This document shows positions 26,429 through 39,512 of a DNA stretch of 64,000 nt, piece after piece. The stretch is from Acanthaster planci (lineage: Eukaryota). The notes beneath the pieces are model-generated. The model was not told where the DNA came from and searched no databases. It worked only from the letters and a program-made list of their open reading frames with translations. The translations under genes were made by a program, and so were the position numbers. The first letter of the stretch is position 1. The number at the start of each line of letters is the position of its first letter. Where the stretch lies: contig NW_019091359.1 of the NCBI RefSeq assembly GCF_001949145.1, positions 3,076,861 to 3,140,860 of the forward strand. The letters run 5' to 3'.

Positions 26429-29400
26429 CTACTCTACATCCAAGGCAAGCGCAGTGTCAAATACCTGGTACTTGGTGACTTCGGTTCCTCCAAGGGTAAC
26501 CGGGTATGACATGATGCAACATTCAAGCCAAGGATGGCTGGTCAGATTATCTAGGGATGTCCTCTGATTGCTGGTAGGAGACTCGAACCCTGTACCGGCC
26601 GGGTAGGGGCAGAGTGTGATCATTGCCTCCTCAAGTTGGAATTTAGCATCCAGGGAAGTGTGGAGATTGGTAGCCCGAATGCCCTGAAAAAAGGTTTGCT
26701 GGGGAGGGGAATTGAGATAGAAAGAATTGAATTGAGTTGAGTTTAGGAGACTAAAAGTCAGTAACTGTTTGAAGCATGCCATGTTAATAGTTAAAGAAGA
26801 TTCCACACAGCCTTGACCTTTGTGTTTCCATTAATTCACTTACATTCAAATAGGGAACTATTCTTAAAATTTTAAATTTTCTGATTTGAAATCTTGTCAT
26901 ATTTTAAGACAGACAAAATTGTTAACAAAAGATCAAAGTGAAAATTGCCAGAATACCCACTTTAAAAAATATCTTCATTGATTCTGATGATTTTTTTTCT
27001 TTGTTTGAACATACAATAAGTTTGTTTTCTAGAATTTGCGGAAGAAAACTTTCCACTTGGCATTTAGATTTCTGAAACTCATTACAGAGATGGGTAATTC
27101 CAGAAATTAGGCGTCCAAAAGTGTGACATTTTTGTGTCCCTGTTACATCTGACCTCTGTTACTTGCCATAAAAGTATAACCAGAATTGATTTCAAACTAT
27201 TACTATTTGTGTGGCAGGTAATTTGTCACTCATGGAAATGAGAAAATATGTTCTGAACTTACAAAATCATAAAAATCAGAAAAAAATGTTTTCAGTTTGT
27301 TCCTTAGCAGACATGCCATTTGATTACTTTTATTTTGTTTTTTAACCACTTTCTGCCGGGGACTCCGGATCCGGACACGTATGCTTTATATGCGTGGCTG
27401 GGGTCTCTGAACTTGGACAAAGGGACCAGGTCCTTGTAACAAAAGACCGTACTCGAGACAAAAGACCAGGCTGCTGGGCATTACCCACATTTTTTTACTT
27501 TCAAAAGTGGAGATAATCCAGCCTTGTATGAAACAGTATACCATGGTTTTGGGCATTTAGAGTGCGCGGATTACCACCGGGGACAAATGCGCTCCACCAC
27601 CGCAGCGATGAGCCACACAGCACCGCTGCACGCTAATCTGGCCCCTATTGAAAAGAGGTCAGCAGCGCACTGAGCCAGGTTCGTGAACAAAAGAAACTTA
27701 TATACATTGTAACACCGCACAATCTGGGCTCTTTTTACAACGCTGTAGGTCTGGCTGAAATACTCGGGCATCAATAGATTTTGTCTGTCAGGCTAGATGG
27801 GACACCAGACAGTCCTTCACGCGTTCGTAAGTGTCCAGTAAATGAAGATAGGAATTTTTAAGAATTTTGAAACAGAAAAAAATGATAATTGTCCCGGACC
27901 AGCATCACCAACATTGATAACTGCCCTCGGCAGCAAGTGGTTAATGACACTAATTTTGTTCAACAAGTTTTCAGGAAAAAGAACCCACTGCATGTTGTCT
28001 GTCAGCTATAACTTCAATGGAACCGGTGCCATCTTCCAGAAATAACTTCACACAGTAAGTGTACCGTAGAAGGGGTGCATCTTCTGCAGAGAATGCAAAA
28101 AATTACAATGACTCAAAGCAGCAGCAAGGTAGTTACGGTTTTGTCCATGAAAAATAGCCTCTCCATTGGGTTTGGATTCATTGCAAAGTGAGTCCACTGC
28201 CTACTTTCACAGTTACCACACAGGAAATACTGTTTAGCACATTTCTTTGTTCAGCGCAAATCAGCAGGGGACCAGTCAAGATCCAAATGCAATGCATGTC
28301 ATTATAGCTGGTAACCGTTTTTTGGGGGGGGGTGAATAAACATCACATATACTTAGCAAGTTATGAAACTGGCTCCAAGTCAAGAGCTTACCTGCAACGT
28401 CTTGTGTATCATCAACTCTTGAGCAATGGGGGCAGAGGTAATAGACAGAGCTGTTAGAATCTTTGTGATTGGTTCCAGGAATGGTCACCTGACCTTTACT
28501 AATCGGCACGCCGCCATAGTGGACTAGTCTCAATCCAAGGCGTGCCATCAACAGGGCCTCTTCAGGTGTCAAGCCTACAGAACAAAATCCATCATTAGAA
28601 TGTCCATTTCCATTCCGTTGTCAGTCTTATAAAATAACTTAAACCAGGGCATGAAATTTGATGAAGAATTTAAATGCATAATGTCAATTGGGAATTTAAA
28701 TCAACATTTTGAGATACATGCAGGTAAAAAAACAGAAACAAGAAGACAATGAAACTTACAAAAAACCTGAGTACCATTACCTTGTAGGAATAAAGCACAA
28801 ATCTTTAAAAAGTGCAGATTCTTTTCAAATGCAAAAAATAATCATTTATCCTGCGTGACCTCAAATTATATTGAAAAAACACAGGCAAGAAACAACCTGA
28901 AAAGGATGCACGAGCTTCTTCTTGTTTCTTGAGGTAAACTAATCGTTTTTATGTCTTGAAAAATTGATGATTATTATGGGACAATCTCTGAGACTATGGC
29001 TGACAATAAACATTACATTCCACAAATGTCACTGTTTCAAAGGAGACTGCTTTTATTCACATATTATACAAAATAACTATTACTCACTGTCAACTTCAAC
29101 TCTGATCTTCTGTCTCCGCCTCCTATTAAATCTAGACTCCTCCCCCTCCTCCTCTCCATCATCACTGGTACTCACAAGCTCTGCAGTGATGTTCCGTCCA
29201 TAGATATCAGTCATCATCAACCTCTTTCCCATATCACTGGATGCTGTACTGCCCTGACCAACATCTTGCTTGCTGTTGCCATCAACCTCTATCCCGCTGC
29301 TATCTGTCTCTGACGATGCCTTCCTTTTATCTGTCCCAGCTGCCATCTTGGACGTTCCTCTACGGTTCTTCTTAGGGCTTGGGGCATCTTCATCTTGCAA

Positions 29401-32400
29401 GACCTGAGTAGCTGGTCGTTTCCTTAAAGTACTCCATTTTCTTGATGATCTTTCGCTTTCTTCTGCAGGTGACCTTTCTGACTCCAAGGGTTTGGTTTGG
29501 CAGGTTCGTCTAGGGCTCTCAATTGAGGTATCTTTCTGTGGACTTTCTTTGGCAGCTTCCTGCGTTGCGCTCCGGGTGCGAACTCCTTGAATTGTTTCCT
29601 CTTTCGTACTCTCTGCTCCCTTTGAAGTGGCTCTCCTCAAATTGTATTCATTGCTCACAGCTGCATCTTTCAAGGGTGTTGCCTGCTCGGCTGCAGAGCT
29701 AGCCTTCTTGTGAGTACTGGTCTTTTCTGACGAGGCAGGTTTTTGGGGTGCAGGCACTCGGCATCTGATGGGAACATTATAACAAAAAAGAACTGCTTCT
29801 ATTATTCAGAATCGTCCTACTACCGATGGTAATGTGACAAGGGTGACATTTTATTTACAGAAATGCTGCCAATGTTGCCGACATTTGTGACTGATCTCCA
29901 ACTGAATTTGAAAGAATGCAAATGGTGATACGTGCATGAGTTTTATGACACGTATATTTAATCAAAGGAATAAATACATGCTTAGCTGGTCTTAAACTGA
30001 AGTTAAAGACTGACTCAAGAGAATGGATGTTGATAATATCCGACCTGCAGGCTCAGGCATTGGTCAAGTCCATTCTCCTAAGCCGATCTCAAATGTTAGT
30101 TTAAGACCAGCCAAGCACATGCTTATTCCAATTCATAAATATCTAATAATGTATGTCAGAAAGTCAGACCAAGTTGGAAAAACTTGTAAATTTCCATCAA
30201 TTTTGTTCTCCACATTTATGTCAATTTTTTCAAACACCCCTCTAGCCATATTATGATATGTGCTTCTACAAGTCAGTGTTTTATCAATCTTTAGGACTGG
30301 TTACATGACGAGCTCTTAACCAATAAAAATAACTACACTGTCTTAGGTATTCATGAAGTAGGCTGTAAGGGGAAAGTTACACTTGCTCACAAAGCCCTCA
30401 AGTTTTGGGGGGTTACTCAGAAATCCTGGATTTCACTGACATTAATACTGACGAGATCATCCACAACACCGATATGGTAATGCCTTGCTTTTTTAAATCC
30501 TTTGGTATGTCAATTTATCAGATAGGCATATCTGTACATATATGCACATTAACGAAGTCAAGGTTGTAAAAGCCACGGGAAACATTTTAGTGAAAACCAT
30601 CACAAGACACAAACAGTGGCATAATTTATTTCAAGCACAAACTAAGCATTGATTGATATCACAAGTAATACATGGATAAAGGACAGCTTAGCTGTCTTCA
30701 TTACAAGTTGAAAAGCCATCAAGAATGGGGAAAGAGAATTGTAAACATTGGTGCTGAGGTACCTGAATTTACATTTGGAGCAGTAAAGATGGATGAAGTC
30801 AATGATGTTGTTAGGAAGATAGTCAATCACTTTGGCTCGGAGCCGAAACTTGTTGGGGGCCTCTGCATGGATGACGTCAGCGATGCGAGAGGTCTTCTGG
30901 TGAAAATGGTCAGTTATCACTGGGCAGAGGAATAATATGAACAAAAAGACAACAGCAGTAAATAAATCACTTATGAAGTCACGTGTTGAAGACAATAGCA
31001 GTTGAGCCAACAGCGGCCATCTTGTGTTAAGTTCCTTTCTTACAGTGTAGAATTCAAGTTTAGAAATGGCTACCAAAATCTTTTGAGTTTCTGAAACCAA
31101 ATCTAGCCTGGAATTTAGCAGTTTGAGATGTATTACCTGACGCAGATCGTTGCATGCATCGGAGGGGAGAGCCTGGTGCGCTGCCATTGGTCAATTGTGT
31201 ACTCTTGCTCGTTCCACCCATGGGTTCAGGAACCAATGAAGACTGGGCTTCATTCTGATTGATTACTCCACTAATGCTTGGGGCGTTTTGGACAATTTCC
31301 TCCATACGTCTAGAATCAGGCAACAAGGATGATTAAAAAAGCTACATTTTAAAGAAAAACAGATGTTTCTACAGTTTACGTTCACAAAAACTGAACTTAT
31401 TATACATGAAAATTTCTTCTTTGACTTCCCTAAACTTCAAAAACTGATGTGATTTCATGAAACTTTAATTTGGCAGTACACAAGACATCATCGTGCTGTC
31501 ATCATGAAAGTATCAATGACCCTCTTTCATGAAAATAGAATTCTGAATTTGTATATACCAAAATGAAACAGCAGAGAAGAAAAGAGTTGAGAAAAGCCAT
31601 CGTATTCACAATAAGAACATGAGAGTCGAACCCTGGACGCAGTAATGGAAAGTACAATAGTTCATGTTACAGAATTTACAGTCTTTTGTTTTAACAAAGC
31701 AATAACCACTTCTTACTTGATCATATCCTTGACTCCCTGTTCCCAATCCATCAGTGTAACAACACCTCGGCCGTAAGATGTCCCACGATGCAACACAAGT
31801 TCCACCATCTCTGGACTGCCGTCTGGTCTCCCCAGTAACGGAAACTTGGCAACATGCAGATTGCAGATCTTGATAAATTGTCCAGGCTAGAAATAATCAT
31901 CCAAAACTTAAAATTATGCATATTTCTTTGTTTTCAAACAAGGATGTATGCCTTCTCGGTCTCATATAAGCGGCAATGTTATGCTCAAACCTGAGATCGT
32001 TTGAGACAACCTACCCAGGCTGTATCCACTGGGATTCGAACCCACCATATCTGGATTACTGGTGCTGGTGTATGAGAATCAATTACTCAATGTTGAGAGT
32101 TTACTGCTCCATGAATGCAGTTCTTTACTTCATGTCATTTCTAAGTTTCTTATTTCAACACAAACCAGCATCTCCCACCCTCCAACATGTCTACATTAAC
32201 AAAACACTGCCCTGAAAGCTGGGCTTTGATGAAGAAACCAAACACTTCAGTTTTCAAATTAATCTTCCACTTAGTTTACACAAACTTAAAAAAAGAGGTT
32301 TGTATAAGAAAAGATTAGGAGTTTGCATTTATGACTCACAGCACTCCTGCGCAGGCTAGCTTATGAGCTTTTCTTTTCACAGACAATTCCGCACACAGTA

Positions 32401-35400
32401 AATGATAGGCAGAGGCCTTTGGACAAATTTAAGCTACAAATTCCTAAGGCTTCGCTCCCAGCACAAACCAACTCTCACAAGTTATGAGTCCCGTCTGCGC
32501 TATCACAGACAGGCCATAAAGCACCATCGATAATTCCTGTACAGATTGAGCAGGTGCACTTACTAAAATGTCTGGTTTCAATATGATTGAAGACCTAAGG
32601 ACCAGGTGGGTAATGTGCACTGTGCTGTCAACTGTAATGTAATGATGACTTGAGTTGTTACAGATTTCAAAATTGCTACTTTGTCAATGTTGATTTTGTC
32701 TCGTTAGAAAGACCGAGTTGAATGAGAGACCATACCTTCAGTTTGGCACCTGTTTCCATGTGGTTGTCATACAATGACACGTCATAAGTCAGCCCTTCGG
32801 ACTTATGGACAAGCTCTGGATCATTCTGAACGTTCACACTGCTGCTGGTATCCATCACGCGTACCGGTCTAAAAGAAAGCAAAAAAGGAAGTGATACAAC
32901 CAATAAACTAAGATAATTTACCAAAGACAACGACAGGGAGTTTTTAGAAAACAGCTTGATCACAGCCGAGTGTGTATTTCTAGTAATACCCTACAATAAA
33001 TGGTTGTTCTGCATCAAGGAAATCTGTACTTGCAAATTTGAAGATAAGTAAAGAAAGGAGCAATTCCACGCACTAGAAGCAGCTGTTCCTGAGTTTAAGC
33101 TCAGATGAAATAGTGAACTACCAAATATGAAATGTGTTGTGTTCACTGGTTGTTGAGGGTAGTACATCTTCTCTAGAAAAACAGACACTCTTCTGAAACT
33201 TGGAAACTGCGAAATACATCCTGTTTGTCAAAATGTCAAAACTTTTACTCTTTAATTCAAGTTCACATTTCAGCGAAACACAAATGTGAAATAAGTTTGC
33301 TGTTGCAAACATGAATAATGAAATCCACTCTAAATGAAATGACTTCAAATGTTATGCACCTGCAGTTACAACTACCTGCCATGAAAAGACAGCTACTTAT
33401 TTGAGCGAATAAATCATTGAGAACTTACCCCCTATAATGGGTTCCATCCCAGACACGGATTACAGCACACTTCTCAGAAGACAAGACAGCCACCGATACA
33501 ACTTGACAGGTAAGATCAAGGTATTGGCCCACGTACATCTTGGCTAAGGAGCAACATCGGTTGTCGAGGGCCAGCTGGGTGCGACGACTGGACCAAAGTC
33601 TTAACTCCTCAACCTGAGAGGGTTCAGGGGTCAGAAATAATGTGAACTATAGAGCACCTGTGGAAGCCAGCGGCTTCCCACTGACACATGTTAGCCCCAG
33701 CCATAGCCAACTGATTTAGACAAAGCCTTAGGAAATGGCTTACAAGGTTAAGATGTTTGCTACAGATAATTAGAATTTTAGAGGGTTAATGAAGACCTCC
33801 AAGGACAAACCGTTAATTAATTGTTTAAAACATTCACTACTATGCCAATAACACAAAGAGGGATTTCAATGGAATAAAATTCCCCTGAAGAGTTATGGAG
33901 AGAGGAAGAAATTCAGATGCATTTTAATTATTGTCAACTACAATCAATCATGTGGATGTAACAACTGTCATGACCTTGCTGTGGGTTTAACCCAACCCGC
34001 TCTGAGCAGAACAGAGGGAATGATGTTTTGGTACTCACCGCAAAGGTGCGCCATGAGTACATGCCCGTTTGACTCAGAGCACCCTAAGTACGCGTAACTA
34101 ATTTACTCTGCGTACAAGCAAAACACATGCAAGAACCCGCTTGTAACCACCTGTCTTTCTTTTCACCGATTGGGGATGCATTTCAGTTTGGGGCGGATAA
34201 AGATTTATTATTTGAAAATCAAGTTGCATCTTTTATTTAAAAAATTTATACATATTACAGGATTTCAGAAAAGTATGGACTTTTTGGTTTAAATTCCGAT
34301 AAACATCTGTCAATATCTTTAAAAACCCCTCAAAGGGGTTTAGCCTCTCAAACATTTCAATCCATTCAAGTTGACAAGTAAACTCTTCATACCCTTTGTT
34401 TGTCATCATCTGTCAGTGTGAAGTTGGAGCTAGATGCTCTTGGTTCCATGGGGGCGTTTACCGCTCCGTCAAACACCAAGCATTGGAAACCACTACCCTT
34501 CTGTCCTTGTAAACCATTGTTGTACAAGCTGATCTATGTAAGTAAATAAATTTGAATAGCTGATTTTGAATACAGCTCTAGGATGTTCTATAAATTAAGG
34601 GTCCACAAGTGTGACAGTTTTGAGTCCCTGTTACAACTCACATCTGTAACTTGACATAGAAATCTCAATGAAACTCACTCCAATCTTTTTTTCTGTTGTT
34701 CTTTTTTTCTGTTTTTCTGTATTTTTCTGTTGGAAAGAAGAAATAAACAATTTTACCTTCAAGCGATGGAAGCGTACAATATCCCCAATAGCGTGTACTT
34801 GGGGGAGAGCATTGATGTCATCGCGAAAGAGTTGACATCGTAAGCCGCGATGGCTGGGGTCAAGGGTCTGGTCAATCAGGGTCACTGTCATACAGTAATC
34901 TGAAACCAGTCCAAAGTACACATTTTTATTTTGTCCAAATATTGTTCCAAGCTGAAGGATTACTTCTGAAATGTCTAAATTCTGTTTAATTAAATTGTTT
35001 CTTAGCGACACTATCTTTTACAAACTGATTTCAGTACGTGTCTAAAAACAAAAATTACAACATTTTAATATCAACACCATTCTGTACTGGCCATTTCTTT
35101 ATTGAACCAAACAACCAACAAATGTTTCATAGTATCCTTAATGTCTTTTGCCTTTGCAAAGATTCTGCCAGGATTGAAACACCAGGCCCTATAACTTTTT
35201 GATTTGAATATTTCATCTCACTATAGTCAGCAACAAGTTCCAAGAAACTTTCTATCTCACATTAGTGTCTATTTAGTCTTGTAAAATTGCAAAATTTTAC
35301 ATTTTAGAAACTCTGTGGAACAGTGAGCAGTCACTTGCACTCAAAAGTAGACAGATACTGGAAAGAAAATAAACTATAAACATGACACAGAAAATCTAGG

Positions 35401-38400
35401 GTCTAAATCTAGGTAGGGCAAGTACACCTGCTCTGTTGACATTAGGCAAAGTAACCATATTTTTCGCTATCCTGATCACCTGGTCCCCTGGTCTTGTAAG
35501 GAGGCTTGAAGAATTTGACAACGCCAAAGATATTGACGTGAGGAGCTTCCTTCAAGTCCCTGAGGACAGTGTAGGTGTAAGTCCTCTGGAACAGAAAACA
35601 AGAACAGGTAACAAAGTGAGGAAACGTTCCAAAATCTTGTCTTGGTTTCTGTTTTTAGCAAATTTAGAAGGTCTGACCCAACAGCCTCATTGGGTGAGCG
35701 GAAGTTGAAGTCATTACTGCGGAGGAAAAAAAGCTTGTGGACAGGTGATAAGCACTTGTTACATGCCTCCTTGGCCAAGAGTGTGTTGTGACTTGCCATG
35801 CACCGCGCTTGCACAAGCTGACGAAGCCATGTATGAGTGAGGTTCCAACGCAGTACAGGTGTCTTTTCTGATTACCTTATCACAAACTAGTTGATCTGTT
35901 CAAGATCCCAATCAAAATAAGACTGAGAATAAAAAATAACATTGATGGTATCTGCCATTCAATGGCATCTGTCATTATCCCTGCACATTGGGCTGACATC
36001 ATCTGAACATTCCTGAAACCATCTCAGCTCCCTGGGGAGTATACTAGTCGGATGCTGCCATATCAGGCGCAAACATAACCATATCTGCCCTCATAGGTAC
36101 CCATTTACTCCTGGGTGGAGAAAGGCACATAGGGGTTAAGTGAACTGACCGCGGTCACCGCAACATGCAACCAGCTACTAGATTCGAACCTCTGACCCTG
36201 TGATTGAAAGCTACAAACACAAACCACTAGGCCACATGGTCCTACTGTGGGAATCTGCCATGTATGGGTCTCCTTAGCGTATATTCCCTCATAAATATTC
36301 ATAGTCTAAGTGCGCTTCTTTAAACAGCGCATATTGTTCTGGTTTCTGATAAATCCCCCATTACATTATGTTTCTATTGTACAAATTATTATTGACATTG
36401 CAAGGGCTGATTTTGGAGCTATGTTTATGGTAGGCCTACCTGTAACCAAACTTAATCTTCATTTCAATGTCATGAATATTTAATTGTGTATGTCTAGCTC
36501 TGAGTGTATTCCTAAATTTGACGACACGTGAGTTTGGGTCTTTTCCATTGTTGAATCCTGCTCGTGAGACATCCCTCTGAAAAAAGCTAACTTTCTCACC
36601 CACAAATATCCTAATTGGATGGTTGATAGTGAAGCCAACTTTGTATCATACTTGTCCTTATTGCATCAATGTATGGGTGAGTGACTTATCGTATCTATAG
36701 ATCATCGTAAACCTGCATTTGGAGGGAGTTCCTTAAGTTTCTGTGATTTCTGTCCAGAAGTTTGGTGTACAAATTTGACTAGTGTATAATTGCTTACTTG
36801 CCGGCACATTGTGTGAGCCTGGCCATGTCATGACGGTCGACACTGTGTATTGTTTGACGTTGAACATTATTTTATTGTCCTGTATTGTACAGGGTGTCTC
36901 AGACAAAGCCAAACCCTGAGGAAAGGGGTTAATATGCCCAAACCATGAGATATGATTATAATGTCTAAGGATCTCTGAATAGTAGAAGCAGTATTCTTTC
37001 TAATGATACCTTGATGGCATCCCTCCTGTCATGCATGACTGAACACCATTGTCTTGAAAATGAGGCATCCAAACTCAGTTGTAACACTTTGGATAAACCA
37101 GTCCATCCCTTATCACAGAGTACACACTCTGAAACTGATGGAGGCTCGGGCCCCTGTCCCCCTTGGCTGCACTGTTACCTGGCATTTCCCAACACTATAT
37201 ATCTTAGCTTCATCTCACCTTTGTGGGTGAGAGGTTTGCATCCGGGACTGTCCACGCATCCATGGGATTCCCTGCGGTTGTGGCGGCATCACTACTCCAA
37301 GGCGTGTCTTGGTTTGGATTCCCTGCATTGACCGTGCTAGTTGACGGAGCAGATGACGATGACACAGCCCCAGTGTCATCGAGTCTGGTGGTGGGGGTCT
37401 GTTGCTGGCTTGCATTGCTAGAGCTTGAGATCACTGTGGATGTAGATCTTGAGGTTGAGGAACTGGAAGCAGCCTGGCTTTGTGGGGTGCGGGTATTGGT
37501 AGCCTTCGTCTGTTTCTCGGTAGGTATCACCTGCGAGACAGTCATGAGATAGAGAAAAATGTAGCCAAAAATTCTTTAGGGAGGAATTGCACAAAGACTA
37601 TTAAAAAGTTATGGTTCTTATCAATAGCAAATCATGAGCCTGGGATAGTGGAAGTTTGCTTTACTTTAATAACCTATTTCTTGAGTTTTCTTACTCTCTG
37701 AGTAGACAGGGTTTCAATCCCATGGACAACCTTGTTAGCTCATAATTCAAAGCAAGATGCACAATGCCACAGATGCAAGCTTCATTGTGTGATTCCTCAT
37801 TAACTTGCCAAAAATTCACTGTTTACTATAAAAGCTGTTTCATGGCCATTCACAAAGTTAAACACCCTGGCAATTTTTGTGAGTAACCTTCCCGAGTCCT
37901 CATCAATTTAAACCACTCTACAGGAAACCAACGGCACATTCTTTGTACTTGACCTTTCACAATGCATCGAGTCACATAATAGTGACCTGCCTCAACCTTC
38001 CACAATCCAGCAAAATTCTCAAATCCTTCTTGTGAATCATAAATAATTTGGGAGAGACCAGTTCCTTCAAATGAGTTTCCACTAAAGCCAGTCTCTCGCA
38101 ATGGTGTCTACTCACCCAGACTGATGGCCTAGATCGAGTCTTCTCAACCAGGATGTTACAGGGATGGATGGAGTCGGTGACGAAAGATGGCGACTTCTCG
38201 ATCAGAGCTTCACTGATAATAACAGTGTCCTTTGAAACAAGGATGCTGTGAACTTTATATACATGTACACATAGACTGAGGCCTTCTTGCAGAAACATAA
38301 ATTTCACTCTTACTGATAAAAGCATCCTGATCCAAAATTAACAGCACACATTTATCTAAGATGTTTGTGACAGATGCATGTATGCAGAAATTCCACACTC

Positions 38401-39512
38401 ATTCAGTTGACAAACAATTGGATATAGCATAGACTACCTGTGGACATAGCTTGATTGAAGTCATCCTTAATGGATACGCTAGTAAAATTTCATGGTTCTT
38501 GCCAAGTGTTGGACTTAAGCCCAAAGGAATATGCATGTGAGTTTGAATGCCAACTCGGATCACACTTGTACCCTTGGGGGATACTTTCCTATATTACCCC
38601 TTTTCACTTAAGAGGACACCAATGAAGTTAAAACATCATGAATGAAACCCATGCTTGCAAAAGTACCAGTTAAAATAATCAACAGCAGAAATATAGCTTA
38701 ATTTTAAACATAATATTTCCTCTGCAGTAAAACTGCTTATAACCAGTCGATAAAAAAATGAGGTTGACCTTGCAAAACGTGGCAGAGGTCGGTGTCAGAT
38801 GACACGCGACGTCTTGGTTCAATGCAGGGGATGCAGAAGGATGCAGAGAACAGGGCCAGGTGGAAGAGAGTCATAGCAAGAAAGCAGGCCAACCCAGAAG
38901 AGACTGGATAACAGTCTTTAAACCAACGATAATAATGTGAGCAATGTGTGAAATAAAAAATGCATAATAACAACAACTCACTCCATCAGAAAACTGAATG
39001 AACTCCTCCGCAAAGGCTCCAGTTAGGAACACAATGATCCTACTTGGGGGCGGGGCATCCTGGGCGCCCGTCTCCTCCTCAAGAATTAATTTCATTCGCT
39101 TGTGTTTGCCAGCTGAGTGGAGTGGCCACATCTTAGCAATCTTTCCCTGCACATCGAACAAAGATTAAAACAGAGTCATTTTTCCCCTTTTTTCAAAAAC
39201 CATGAATAAATCTTTTAGTTAAAATAAACTTCAGTTTTTGAAACCCACTAAGTGTATCTAACGAACTCACTAAGCTTTAAAGATGCTCCAAAAGATTTTT
39301 CAAAATGCAAACTGTACAAGGCCTTCTTTGTTTACTGACAGCATTCCACACATTCTATGAAGCTTTTGTCATACCAAAACAAAAAGTAGACCTACCTCAA
39401 TGTACTTAAAATTGAAGGATGATCCAGCCTGGACATCAGCCAAGGATAACTTCTTCATCTTTGATAAATTTGGAGGTTCGCTAGAACAGATAGCGACTGC
39501 TCTTGAGGCCAT
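26429..39512 (-). CDS. POT1: Protection of telomeres 1 (shelterin ssDNA-binding protein), 16 coding exons, about 1046 aa
   Basis: Exons in transcript order: 39512-39396 (ATG), 39146-38982, 38229-38116, 37530-37219, 35585-35480, 34899-34757, 34533-34393, 33613-33429, 32868-32736, 31886-31717, 31309-31137, 30919-30763, 29764-29088, 28574-28392, 28083-27989, 26698-26429 (TAG); all phases match. POT1 motifs: YTYT.L..L...VNIFGVVKFFKPPY.TRGPDYC, GDIVRFHRLK, RVWDGT, LHRGTSYGRG, PNKFRLRAKV, LYCSKC...LCPHC, LEDGTG, PWLECCIMSY, YQVFDT. The four 5'-most exons are joined on splice and phase logic only. Confidence 0.93.
27342..27944 (-). mobile_element. piggyBac-type MITE, family B copy 3 (last POT1 intron)
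   Basis: TTAA-ccactttctgccg ... cggcagcaagtgg-TTAA; reverse complement of the 19044 and 48016 copies. Confidence 0.9.
35947..36245 (-). mobile_element. tRNA-derived SINE with Deu/Nin-like core
   Basis: On the - strand: A box tggcctagtgg, B box ggttcgaatct, core ctccacccaggagtaaatgggtacc. Second copy at 61208-61545. The core-domain assignment is from recalled consensus. Confidence 0.8.
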
